A stretch of DNA of 64,000 bases from Acanthaster planci (Eukaryota). The notes beneath the pieces are model-generated. The model worked only from the letters and a program-made list of their open reading frames with translations. It was not told the DNA's origin and did not search any database. Positions 37,502-50,782 of this stretch are shown in pieces. The first letter of the stretch is position 1. Each line of letters begins with the position of its first letter. Where the stretch lies: positions 1,795,599 to 1,859,598 of the forward strand of contig NW_019091360.1 in the NCBI RefSeq assembly GCF_001949145.1, read 5' to 3'. Position numbers and translations under genes: made by a program.

Positions 37502-37852
37502 TAAGCCACTTGCGAATTAAATTTAAATAAAATCCGGTAACTGTGTTATCTGATTGCACAGGAACGTAACAATTTGAATTCCCCAGACTAAACACACTGT
37601 TGCTATACCTCGTGATTCGGGGCAAGCTTTTGCATAGCGACAACCATCTCTGGAATGGACTGGTTCCTTTGTGCCGTTCTTATCCATTGAGAACAGTTGC
37701 AAGGCGTCTCTTATGTAACTAAGCAAAAGCTTACCCCGAGTCACGAGGTATAGCAACATGTTTTAGAATGGAGAATTGAAGATGTTATGTTCACGTAAAT
37801 TTAAAGAACTCAGTGTACCACATTTTACTCAAATTTAACTCGCGAATGGGTT
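37502..37852. mobile_element. MITE with ~130-bp imperfect TIRs
   Basis: taagccacttgcgaattaaattt...tgttgctatacctcgtgattcggggcaagctttt versus aaaagcttaccccgagtcacgaggtatagcaaca...aaatttaactcgcgaatggg. Confidence 0.8.
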
Positions 37853-40509
37853 TTTGCTGGACACTACCTAACACTGGGAGGCGCTGTTCATGAAACAGAT
37901 GCAGAGCTGTTTAGAGTTGCGACTTGAGTGTCTAAGCTGTTGGAACCAAAATGGTGGATAATGCGTTAGCGCACAAGGACAATTAGCACACAATAGCTGC
38001 ATGTTGTCATGCACATCTATATTGTGAACTGCCGTTTCGGTCCCAAAGTCTGCAGTTTGCGCTTCTCTCTCTTCATATATACAGCTCTGAACAGATTTGC
38101 GCACTAAGCCTACATCCCTTAACCTTACATCAAACAGGAAATTTAAACCTTTGTACTTGATTCCCCTTTAAGCATTAAATACACTTTGGTTTTATGAGGA
38201 AGTCCTAAACATACCTCAGAATCTGCATTTTGCTTTTCATAAAAAAAGTGTTTTGAGGATGATCCAATCGCCAAAATCTCTGCAGTCAAAAAGTGAGTGA
38301 TTCCAACCCACCCCACGCCTGATAGTTACGCCCCTGACCGGCAAAGTTTGACCAATCAACAACTATGTATTACAGTGGAAACCAGGTGGCGTATAAAAAA
38401 ATGTGGTCAGCTGATACGGCCTGTTGACATAACTATGATCAGCTGACACCTATTAACCAATCAAGTACGCGGTATCAAGTAATCTAATGCATCACATCTA
38501 GCGCAGCAACGGTTATCACGGCGTCAATATAAGTTTGTTAATGGCAAATATACGTAATAATAATGCACCTTTTGGTTCTTCATTTTATTCACGTATAATT
38601 TAATAACCCTAATTCCCCCTTACCGTACAGTCATAAATTTTACGAGAATTCATAGCCGCACATAGCTGCGTGATGATTTCCGGTAGGTTTTAATTTTATG
38701 GACAAGCAAGAAACACTGACGGCGCAGCAGTGGGGATAATTTGCTTTTGAAAGTTGGCAACAATCGATTCATTAACGGGAAAGCATTTTAACCTCGGCTT
38801 CTCACTTCATCTGGGAAAATAATTTGGATTTCCGCATATTTCTTTCTCGCCCACGCGCATGCGAGACATATAATAAGCTATACAATTTCGAGCAGCATCA
38901 CAGATTTTTTCTTTCTCCATTACATATCCGCTGGTTAACAAAATAAGCCCCTGTCGCACGTTTGAAATAATTGCCGTCAATTTTGTCCGACCATTATCGT
39001 TCCCGCTATTCGAATCGAAGCAATGAATGGAAGAAACGTAAGTGTTCGGGCGCGACCCGACACCAACTCTGACAGGATTGGCGCAATTTGATAATTGCCC
39101 CCACTTGTAACGTGAAAAATTTCTTTCTTTCGCTGGCGAGATTACACCGCACGTCGGCGGTTTGTCAAGTGCCGCGCCGTTTGTCTTGTACGACCTACAG
39201 TCGTGCGTCCCGTTCGATCGCGCCGTGTAATTGATGTCACGTTGAGAGGTCTTGCCGCGTCGAGTTAAAAAAAAATAACAAATTATGTTGGAGAGGTTTT
39301 AGATCACAGTGGCGTCATTTTGGGATCCTTGGAAATCCGGAGGATTAAGACTGATGCTTGTTTGGAGGGTAATTTTGCTGTTGTGTCCTTGACCAGGACA
39401 ATTTTGTGTTAATTTTAACATCTTTAACTGAGGCACGCAGATTTTTTTTTGAATACGTTAACATTATTTGACGAACATCCGAAGCTTTTCATGTTGTGAA
39501 ATCGAAATATAACATTAGAAATATTTCTCACAGTTGTTTTTATTAAACAGAACTTGTTGACGCCGTGGCCTTGCTCACGGTTAGACTCAGAAAAATCGGG
39601 TTTCCAAATGGTCACGATTTTTTGCATCTGAATATTGTTTTTTTTAAGAGATCTTCGTGACAAACCACGGCTAAAACGAGGCTTTACGGACAGGCCATAT
39701 GAAATTCCAGAATGTGTCACCAAATGCATTATTTTCAGTCACTCGTTGCGTAATACAAAATCCCGGTAGTACTTGAACAGATTTTAAGGTGAATGGCCAA
39801 AAATGTTTGATAGTGACGGGCGTAATGGGAAAAGTAACTCTGCCTAATGTCACCCCGTGCTGTAAAGTAGGTAATACCTGGTTTAGAAACGTTCAAAGAG
39901 AAGATGTTTAAGAGAGAATATCTTCGAGAGAAAAACCACACCACATTGTTAATATTCTTGCTGATCAGTCATCAAGGTGAGTTTCTTTTAACCGTATTTT
40001 TGTGAGTTGACAAAGAGAAATATGAATGAGACTTGACATATCTGAGCAATTTACGATTGTGCAAAAGGTGTTTTCAAGGTGCTATCTCACCTTGGCGAGA
40101 TAGAGTTTTCCTCTTTTTTTCTTAGTGATTTCAAGGGCCCTTCCAAGCTTCCGTAGCAATCAGTATCCGCGCAAGTTAAATAAAAACTTCATATCCCACG
40201 CACTTTTCTCCTTTATTAGTCTCACACAGTCATGTACTGGCTCTTTGTGAAGTGGTTTTGCTGTGAGAGTGACGGTAGGGACGCTGATCATATAATAAAG
40301 CCGCGTGTCGTGATACGGGTTTTCCGTCTCGTGCCCGCAAAATTTCTCTCATTACCCAAAGTAAATCTCTCGAGTGCGCAGTAAAATCAAGACAGGTTAC
40401 ATAGTTAAGGGTTGCAATTCTTTTTGTTTTCTTCCCTGTTGAATACGGCAACAGAAATGTGAACTTATAATTTATAAATGTATGTATACCCGTAAAAAAA
40501 TTGCAAGCA

Positions 40510-40654
40510 GATGCCATTCACTGCGGTGGCAATCTCACCCACGCACGCGTCTTAAGCGCAAGTGCATTAAGGCAAGTCACAAGACCCTATTGGTCGAAGA
40601 AACTATTTAACGCGCGCGTACCACCTGTCCACTGACTTGGCGCTTGCCACCGCA
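40510..40654 (+). repeat. CpG-rich palindromic interspersed repeat, copy 1
   Basis: actgcggtggca ... ccctattggtcgaaga ... aacgcgcgcgtaccacctgtcca ... tgccaccgca. Confidence 0.8.
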
Positions 40655-41506
40655 CGAATGCCCCCTAAATAAACCGGTCGCCGATGTAGTTCATAGACAT
40701 TGTCCATAGAAGACAAGAGGGCAAATAGGGGAAAATGAATTCCATACAAGGCACAAATGGCACTGTGTTAAAGTTCGTTCAGGGTTGCCGTGACAATGGA
40801 GAGAGCGGACGCGCGTCCCTTCTCCAGACCAGCTTGCTATTGGAGCAGGAGTTGGCGACTGCGCCGCTGACTTTCGTTTCGTTGGTAAAGGAATTTGGGT
40901 GCAGAATGCATGCCTTTTGAAAGGGGGGGTGAAGGGCCGTTTGATCTGGAGTCATGGGTTTGGTTGATCACGACGGCCTCTTTTGCCGTCCTCCACGTGG
41001 ACACGCCGACTGTAACAAGGAGTTTACCGACAAAACAATGTTTTGTGAACTATTCAGTCTATGCCAGTGGGGAACGCTATTTTAAATAAATCAATGTTCT
41101 GAGGTTGTATCATAAGGCTATTGGGTATGTGCCTCATTTAGAATTGTGGCCATGAGTCTGTAGCTGTCTTTGAGGGCACATCTTACAATGGTTCTCAGCG
41201 GTGTAAGTTTTGTTTGAATGAATTATGTTACAAATGTTTGATACTGCATTTCGTTTGGTTTTGAATTCCCTGGATAGGGTGACCCTCATAAGATAACAGA
41301 CGGGGAGGGGTCCACCAGACGTCTTTGTTTTCACGCCCCCGAACAGACATGTACGTTATGAAAACAGCCTATAATTATGTACACTCGTAAAGGTTTCCGT
41401 CATGAACAGCGCCATCTGCCGTCATACGCCCCCTCCGTCCTCCCGCTGTGGCCTCTGCTGCACAGTGTATCTTGCTTTGGGCTCGGCGTATGGATTATGA
41501 ACGCGG

Positions 41507-41600
41507 AGGTACGCACGCGTTACATGCCTCTTCGACCAACAGGATGTCCTGATTTGCCAAAGGCACGCGCGCGTCAAGATAAAGAAAGTGAGTGTGGTGC
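41507..41600 (-). repeat. CpG-rich palindromic interspersed repeat, copy 2 (partial, inverted)
   Basis: cgcgttacatgcctcttcgaccaa...gatttgcca...gcacgcgcgcgtca is the reverse complement of the core of copy 3. Confidence 0.8.
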
Positions 41601-43917
41601 TTAGGTTTACACAACTCGGTAAATACCCCTTGTTCGACCGTTATATCCCCTTCGTGCGAATTTTCTCGGCCCGCAAGCATACCAAGCAACCGTTCTTCCT
41701 TTATGATTTCAGCGCAGTTTGGATTTTGGTGTGTAGTTTTATATGTTTGACACTTTTCATCTTTCATGGAACAAGGCAGCTTGAAAAAGCTCCTGTTGAA
41801 AAGTCCTGTTCAGTGTAAACAGTTCCGTTGGAAACCAATGGTTTTTTTTTAACGCGCTGTTACTGAGTTGTAATGTTACCACTTTTATACCCCTAACCAT
41901 TAACTCCAGCTGGCATCTGGGCATTATTAAAAAGGATTTACCCCGTCCCTCAAAAAAAACCCCTTCCTGCTCAAAACTGTGTTCCATGCGCGTGTATTTG
42001 GGACGCTGCATGGACACTGACATTACTGGTGCTTGCTGGTACCACGCGAAAGTCGAGGTCATACGGTTTTGGATTTGATCTCTAACTGGTGCGATCTTTG
42101 GATGTTCAAAAACGGTACGATTCCCGACCGTGAAATCACTGTTCAGCGGCGCAACACACCCCTCCTCATGTATGGTTTACAAAACGGTTCAAATATAGGG
42201 AAGTTGGCTACTTCTATATTTCATGTCGTCACGCTTAGGCCTAACATTCAGAAAGTATTAGACACGAGGACAGTACTCTAACATGCACTAGCCTAGATAA
42301 GAAGCCCAGGGTTTGAAAACGACCTGGGCTCAATTTACTCGCTTGCAAATAAACACTTTGGACTGAATTTTTCAGCATGGTTTACCAGATTCGAAACCCC
42401 AATACGCAGGCCTTGTATAAATAAATATATAAAACGATCGTGCTGTCCAATAGCATCAATGATAAAAGAAACCATGCAATAGGATTTCTATATAATTATG
42501 TAGCACAGCGTGGGAGCGAGTTGTTCTGAATATTCGTTGCATGGTTCCTTTAGTTAACATCTTTCACAGTGGAAAGTAAATTTCAGAAGAAAACTTAACA
42601 GATGCGAGCGGCGTTCAGGTGCGTTGAAAATCTGTGTGCTTATGTCAAAGTTATAGCAAACCCCTCCTTTTGCCTTTTGGCAACTGTGAGCCTTAACTTT
42701 AGCCTCTGACTTCTCGAGGAAAAAACTTTCCCCGCGTGATTCTTTCGCTGCTTCAGCCTCCAACCACAATTTAAATTAAAAGCCATTCAAGCGGCCTTTT
42801 AAGGCATCTTCATCGCATCTTTTCTGGTAATTAAGGAGCACAGGGTAGATTTTCGCTCAGCATCCTCACCTACAATTTTTTTTTATCACCCTTTAACGTT
42901 GCTGAAACCATCGCGTTCAAATAATTGTCCGCTTCGCGCGCGGTGCCCGAGAGCGCTCGGCTTGAACCACCACGGCCCACACACGCCTCGACCGCACCAC
43001 CGAGGAAGCTTCTCACCCCCTCCCCAAGTATAAACGGCGCTTCCGAACCGGGCCAATTTCCTGGCATTAGCCCGGCGAAGGTTGCAACTTAGGCAAGCCG
43101 GGCACTTCCGTCCGGGGGTGTCATGTTGCGGTGTGTGTGTGGGGGGGGGTAGCGGCGGAGATGCTGCTGTGTACTGGGGGGATAATCGCTTCGGCCTTCA
43201 GGGGACAGAGGTTGGAAAGTGCTCCGGTCATCTTGCAATCTGGGTGTGTTTGGGCAGAGAGCTCTTAAGAGGTCCGGTCGAGCTGGTCGGTGCTTTAATG
43301 CACAACCGAACCCCACGAGGCACATATTACGACATCTCACATTATCGTCAGACTCACTTCCATTCCATTAAGCATTTCAAAGTCGTCTTCGTCCCGAGTC
43401 TTTGTGCTTGTCGCCCCTGCAAAATAATCCGGCGTCGGTTGAATTCACAGGATGTCACATAATCATAATTAGACTCGGTGAAATAATGAAAAGAGTTTCG
43501 AGGGGTCTTCCCCTGTATGTTGTACCTGCATTTTTCAAAGAACGTCACACAAAGTCAACATTGTGGCAAATTACACCCTCAAAAAATAGAATGTTTAGCT
43601 GTTGGCATTGCGATCTTCTTTCTGCATTATCATAATGATTCCCCTCAAATTTGTGATCATTTGAACTTATGAGAACATGTGGCGAGAGAAAGTTTTATAA
43701 GCTTTGATTATGACATGCGAACTGTTGAAAAAGTAAATGAAAATGATAGCGGCGTTGGTCTGCCGGACTGCGTTAGCTTCGCTTGTTAGCGGCTCAAACC
43801 GAGAATCAAAATTTTGAATGTCTGTGATACGTTTTTCTGGCTTTATTCTTGTAACCTGTTGTGGAATACATGTATCTTCAGCCGTTCAGTGTGGGTGTGT
43901 TTGTGCGCGTTCGCTAA

Positions 43918-44212
43918 CCTTGCATACCTAGTGTGGACTTGTGAACAAAAGATGTCCACACGATGCAGGGAAGGGAGACGTTCTATGGACTTACACATGT
44001 CCACAGCACGTTTCCCTTCATCTAAAAAAGAAGTTTAGAGGCATAGTGAGGTCGGGGTCATTTGTCGTATTAAAAGGAAGAGGAATAGTCAAGGAAACCT
44101 TATACAAAAAGCCAGCTGAAAATCGTGTTCCCAGCTCAAGAAAAACAAGTATTTTCACTAAGATTTCTTAACTGCGCGAAAAGAAAGGAATGCCCACACT
44201 AGGTATGTAAGG
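43918..44212. mobile_element. MITE with ~19-bp TIRs and TAA TSD
   Basis: taa|ccttgcatacctagtgtgg ... ccacactaggtatgtaagg|taa. Confidence 0.8.
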
Positions 44213-46932
44213 TAAGTGTGTGTGTGTGCCTGGTTGTGTTGGGGCGGGGCGGTACGATGGGTGTGCGGGCCCCAACCTTGCGCGATAGAATTGCATGTGT
44301 CGGTCTTCCTCTGCACACACGATGATACGCGCTCAATCAACATGACAGAATAGTATCCTCCAGTCAACAAACTGGAATGAAATCGCTTAGGGGGGCCTAC
44401 TGCCACGACTCATCAACCCGTATATACTTCCCACACACAAACAAAATTAAAGTGAAATAAAATTACAAACGGTTTTATTTACGTCAACTCTCATTGCCCT
44501 TAATGATTTTACCATCCGTATTGAGATTGGTACCGGCATTTTTACACCTCTTCCTTCCCATGGAGGACATACATCAATAATTAGCTTGGCAAAATGAGGG
44601 TGGTAGGGCCTTTGTCAGTCGCGTGTCCCGTTCCCAATGGCCCGAGGCCAACCTTGGAGTGAAGGGGTAGTTACTTTTTCAAGTGCCAAGGCAATTTACG
44701 CGCTCCGTACTTGTCTTCCAGTGGAGCGAATCGTTTCATTAACACTTTTTGGACCGTGGCGAAATGGCTGACTTTTTTTTTTTTTTTAAGACAGCCGGGT
44801 GCAAGCGGCGGGCTTCGCTTTGAAAAGTAGATCAGCGAGAGGAAAGTTGAGAGGAAAGTTGATGTCGTTTTGGTTAAATGACTTTTCTCAGTCGCCACAA
44901 AATAATGAAGGAAATTAATGCCGATGTGGAAAGTACAGAACCAGGTTTCCGAAGTGTGGCGTGTGAGATAGTGAACTTTTATGGAATGCAACACTGGCCT
45001 TAAGCGTAACTGTTGGCAGATACGTAGCCTTCTTTGTTTTGCGAATTGAGAGAAAAAGGGAGTTAGATACCAGGTTGGATAGATACCTGAAAGCTTTTAT
45101 TGTCACCGTTTATTGACCAGAATATTGACGTAGCTTGTAGGGAAATTAGGGAACACTCGCACAGCTCCATAATGGGGCGGTTGACGAAGCAATAAGCTGA
45201 TATCCTTGTGATGGACTTACCTTTGTTATGTCCTGTCTGAAAGAAACCCATTCATTTTGTGCCATTTCAGTCCCCCTTTTTGCCGTCAGAGGGGGGCAAT
45301 TTAGGCTGTCCGCAGGGTGTTGTGTATTGTAATTGGGGCGGTCCGCCCAGCCCTGTTCGCTTGACTGATCCGAGTCAATCGAAGTCCCTTCGATTTTTTT
45401 TTACTGAGAAGCTCTTAGCCTAAAAGACACCGGACCCTACTCAGCGATGTCCTCTCCCTTTTTTTGACTTCTTGACAAAGTGGTCCAATCTCACGTCTTC
45501 AAGAAGCCCCTTGTCCGCCGATCCACTCTTAGGGTTTTTGGAGACGAGAGATTTAAATGCAAATAAGAGCCGCCCGGTATCGGTTTCAAGCACTGGGGAT
45601 CAGAGGGTGAAAAGGGGGCGACTGACGATTGAAGTGGTCCCCAAACATTAGTTTAGGACGAGATTAGAAGGTTCAGCGCCCTTGGGGCGCGCAAAGAGCT
45701 TAAAAAAAAAGAATGCAAGCGCGGCAGTAGGGGTGATTAAACTGCGCAAGAAGTTGTATTAATAAAGCCGAGAGCTTGCAGAACAAAGACATTACAGACA
45801 AATGCAGTGTTCAGTGCGTTCCCGAAAACAATGAGGGGTGGTCTCTCTCGATTTCATAATCCTGGACAGCTCAATGCTGACCCTCAAGTCAGTTCTGCAC
45901 GGCAGTCCTGTTGTTGCGATGTTTGTGTTGCATTCGGTTTAAAGTCTTTTCCCTGGCTTCACAGAAATACCTCAGCTTCATCTTGTCAGGCATCAGCATC
46001 CAAAAAGTAATTCCTTGTCTTTTTTCATCCCGTTACAAGTAGGCCTAGTCCATTATTTATCGCAGTGCGGTTCCGTCTGCTCATATAGTTCAACCTTTCA
46101 CAACTTTTTCTCGGAGCCTCCGAATTCAAGCATCGGTCTTACATTGGCCGTTTGGTCCTATAGGTGGCCAGACTTAGCTGAAATGTCACCCTTGGTTTGT
46201 GTTAGATTACACCTCAAAATGTACCATTTGCCTCATTACTTTTGAAGAGGATATTCATTCATCTAGTCGCAGTATAATTATTATCCGAGAGATTTTTTCA
46301 ACACCTGCCGGCCAGCCACAGTTTTATCAGCCGCTGGTAGGCAGAGTACGACTGTGACGTTAAAAGAAAAGACTTACTATAGGATAACATTTCCGGCACA
46401 GTTTGTGCCTCCTCGGTGATAAGAGTACAAGTCGCACCGTCATGAGCGCCGAGCACTTACAAGCTTTTGCTTATGACAAGGATATGTTGGGTCCCGGTCA
46501 TTTCGTCATCGTTTTCACGGAGAGAAAAGCGCCCCAAATTGGGATTTTTTTTTCAAATTTCTGTTTTTTAGAAGCAAAATCAGCAAGGCTAATTGCTGCC
46601 TAAAAGATGGTGTGATCATTAAATTTTGTTACTAAATCTATTCAAATCGGTCAAATCACGATGATCTCGATAGGCAAAAACTGCAACTGCATCCGCATTG
46701 ACCATTTTCACGAAGAGACAAAAGTGGCTCAGGAAATGTATATAAATGTAACAATTTGCACCTAGCACTCGCCAATACGGACTGTTTTCAAGAAAAGTTA
46801 AGTGCACACGAACTCTGGCGACAGACAAATGTGTTTGTTTACAAAATGAACAATTTTAACTGATTCCTATAAATATGATTTTGTGGTTTTTGTGTCATTC
46901 AAGATCTGATGTTTCATGAGGTGTAGACTAAT

Positions 46933-47092
46933 CCGATTAGATGCCATAACTACGGTGGCACCATATTCACACTCACATTCTTCAGCATGACGCGCGCGTG
47001 CATGTGGCAAATCGCGACACCCTATTGGTCGAAGAGGCATGTAACGCGCGCGTAACACCTGTCCACCAACGCAGTGCCACCGCAGTAGCGGT
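46933..47092 (+). repeat. CpG-rich palindromic interspersed repeat, copy 3
   Basis: gatgccataactacggtggcac...tgacgcgcgcgtgcatgtggcaaatc...cctattggtcgaagaggcatgtaacgcgcgcgtaacacctgtcca...gtgccaccgcagt. Confidence 0.85.
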
Positions 47093-49559
47093 TTCTAATT
47101 CTGGTGGTCGAATTACACAATAGCTTTTTAAAGTCGAGGGAAAGTCAAGTCTTGGGGACATGATCGTTTGCAAAAGAGACCAACTTTAAATGCGATTTTC
47201 CCGACACCTGGATTTTCGGATAGACTTTTGTCTATTCATGAAAACAGTGACGATTTCTTTCTTCCTGTTCCATCACACCTGATAATACAAGGCTCTATCA
47301 CACCAGATAATACAAGGTCCCTGTTATAAGAAGGCAATCTGCGAAATGCGAATGACCCGATACCAACGAGATTCGACTCGGTTGTACCCGTCCTGTTTGC
47401 CTCGTAAGAGGCTTTTACTTCTTCCCAAAATTGACATCGGCTACGTGTGTCGTTCACAATCGTCGTGTTTTAATTCCCGCAATCAAGCACATGGTGCGTA
47501 TAAATGGGAAAAACAAACACTGAAATTTGGACGCTTCAAATGACCTGGTGCCGCACCATGATCACATTGACACAGGCTAAACGGCTTTTGTTATACAGGC
47601 CTACAGATCAGACAGCACCCACAAACTATACACGCTCTCAAAAGAGTTGCATCAGAGCCACTGAAGCCCCATCATTAACGGCGTGGGTAGTTCTCCTTCC
47701 AAAAAGTCCCCCCATTGACCACACGGCCCAAAGGCTACCGCTATATCCATCAGCGGGCACAATTGGCGCAATCAAGCCGGTCGCTTTGACGAGTACGAAA
47801 AGAGGGAAGATAACCTCACCGTCATTAACTCGCAAAGTTTCCAATTAACTCAACCAAGGATGTCCCTCTTAGGAAGACTTCAACTTTGTCATATTCCAGT
47901 ACCTCTTTCCCCATTTCTCCCCTTCTTCATCCAAGGCAACTGACTTGTGGGATTACTAGAGTAAACGATCTCCTTACTGTACGATCAATCACCTCAAAGC
48001 GTTAGAGCAGTGCTTTTAAAAAGCTTGTGCGTAGAATAAATTAGTGGTTTTTTTTTACTTCACTAGCACCGCTAATTCACATGATAGCTATAATGCTCAG
48101 AGTTGGAAGCCGACTCTTCCTGAATCTGTAGTTGATCTGCGTCCTTCACATGTGGATTTTGGAGAAAGGGAGCGAAACTTTCGAGTAAAAACGTACCGCG
48201 GGGGGAAAGGGACCTGATTGTGTGTAAATTTAATGGTGGTAGCACTCTCATTGCATAATAACTGCCTGCAGTGATTAGTAAATTATACAGTTTCTAGATT
48301 TCACCAGAAATTTCTTGTAGAAATAACCAAAGATGGCTGCATGCAAGATGTCATCGTCATTGTTCTGGTTACATGCGATAGCTTAATGACGAAGGCACTG
48401 TGTGTTTTTAGTGAAAAACCTTAAAATTAATCATTGTATTTTTTTCTTGTACAGTTTTCAGAATTATTCTAGAAGCATTTTGGGGGTCTTTTGGGTGTCA
48501 TCCTGTTTCCATATTCACCGGTAATTCAGTGAGGGCGTCGTCTCTGGCAAGAGCTTTATTGTTATAGCTGTCCCTGTCAAAAAATTAAGACCGATTTTCT
48601 TCCATGCCTGTTTCAGGTTTCAGGTTGTTTGTGTCAGACACCCAGTCAGTCAGCGAACTTAATGCACAAAAGGTTTTCACTGAGGGGCGATTCAAGTTCA
48701 TTTGTCAGAAACACGAGGCGTACATTGTAAAGAGATGGTCGGAAAGATCAAGTTTAGAACTCACGGTTCCTTATACAATTTCTTAAGCTTGTATGAGCGG
48801 ATATTGTTTGCCATGCACGTTTCATTGAACAGTTCATTGTATGCATCTTTTAGTTTCTGACCAAATTATGTAGATTTCTTTTTCAGTGTCTGAGCACTGA
48901 TGGCATTCTCGATTGCGGTTCTTGGAAGACACCGCTGTGGAAGTCCAGCATTTCCAAATTTAGCCAACTTAAAGCACACTTATCAGAAAGCATAGTGTGC
49001 ATGAAGTTTTTTTCCTCTTTCGGATAGGTGTGCTAAAGGATAGAAGTGGGAAACGTGGCTGACACGATGAGGGATGGCAGAAGGATGACGGGTGTGGTTG
49101 CTATGGTAAGAATTGTAATACTAAATTTACGGCAAGCCTTTTTCCTGCGATAAAACGACACGGGGGACTAGTATAACAAAGACCAGTAAAGTACAGGCCT
49201 ACATTCACCCTAAAACAAGTTTAAAATTCCTCTCCATTCGGAATCAAATATTTCAAGAGTTTAAAGATAAGATTAGGGGAACAAAATAAAAAAATCAATC
49301 ACTGGCTGTCTTTTGTGGTATTTCATTTCAGTGGACAAGCATGTTCGTATTCCATTTCGTGGTTCACAGAATCTATCATTTTTATGTTGGCTGAGTGATT
49401 TGAACGCCGTGTAAGAAGAGGTCACGGTAACAATGTCATGAACTCAAAATGCGGACAAACTAAGGGAAGGGGACAAATGCTAGTTTGCATGTCTCCCAGT
49501 CGATAATGGTATTTCCTGTCTTAACAGCGAACTTCCAGCATGTTGTGGTAATGTGATTA

Positions 49560-50782
49560 TGGAATGTTATTCCGATGTATTTTTGGTGCCTGCCTCTGGG
49601 GACCAGCGGAGCGGCGCCAACCAGCTAGGCCGTCGTCTGTCGGTTCCAGGTTGAGTTTGTTCCCTATCCTCCCCGTTTCTTATCAAAGGAAAGGGAGAGA
49701 CCGGCCAACTAAACATCCTTTCCTCTCTCCACCGGAGGCACCGGCACGGCTCCCCCCTTTTTTTCTCGTCGGAGACTATAGGTATAAACTGTTGCAATTC
49801 AACTTGGCAGCTGCCCGGGGCTGGATAAAAAAAAAAAGCTGGCTATTCTTGCGCGTGGCGAGCGTTTCTCTCCCCTCTTCCCCCCGTCCATCTCGCTCAC
49901 AGAGCCCACGGTCAACTCCACGCCGGCCCGCTGCGGTGCGATCCCGCGTACTGTAACCGTCGCAAAGTCAGTGACCGCGTTCGCAGCGATGAACGCTACC
50001 CCCAAATTAACCCAACACAGCTAGACGCACAGAGAAGGGAGAGCAGGAGAAAAGACTGTTTGCTACGAGCAACAAGAACTCTCTCCTTCCTCCCTTTCCT
50101 CTGTTTAGTCTGACATTGAAAAGGAAAACACCAAGAGGGTCAACGAACTGGAGGTTATGCGCGCTTTGATCGGTTGCCACAGGATGGAGGCCACGAGCAC
50201 GAAGCTGTATCTTTTGAATTCAAGTTGAAGACCCCGGCAATGCTCCATTTTGCGTACACAAAACCGGGGGGGCTGTGGGATGGCGACGGTTTGGCCCGGG
50301 GCCCAGGTGGGTGGCTGATGCTACGGCTTTTGTCCTCGTCGATGTATCCATCAGAGTCTGTGTTATTCTTCCCTTCCAGGCATCGGCCACGCGGTGCCTT
50401 CGCCAGAGCTGGAGAACGCCCCTGGAGGATACTCGCCGTCCCGGCCACCAGCAACCACTAGCCGAGAAGGGAAAAGACGGGAGGTTTCCCCCCCCATGCA
50501 CACTACGATGCCACTCTACCATCTCGGCCGTCATTTTCCTATCAATGCAAAGTGGTAATTGGCGCGGGAGGGGGGGGCGCATTCACCACGGACCGTTTTC
50601 CTTCGTACCCCCGCGGGAGGCAGCCGCGCGGCATAGGCCACTAAACGGCGGGAGATACCAGCAAGAGTGGGGGGACGGCTTGAAAAGTTGACCGTCGAGG
50701 ACTTGAGGATCCACGGGGGGGACATCTTGGCCGTTGTCAGCTTCCAATCACAAGACGAGAAGAGGGAACGAGGCCGCACCAG
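49560..50782 (+). promoter_or_regulatory. CpG island with promoter and long non-coding first exon
   Basis: Most GC/CpG-rich tract of the window. TATAAA at 49783, consensus donor cag|gtgagt at 50783. Stops in all three frames (50634, 50681, 50689) and no later ATG before the donor. Confidence 0.55.

Noticed and set aside
50155..50779. Overlapping 82-138 aa ORFs on both strands of the CpG island as protein genes
   Set aside because: Such ORFs are expected from high GC content; none has recognisable homology and none crosses the donor.
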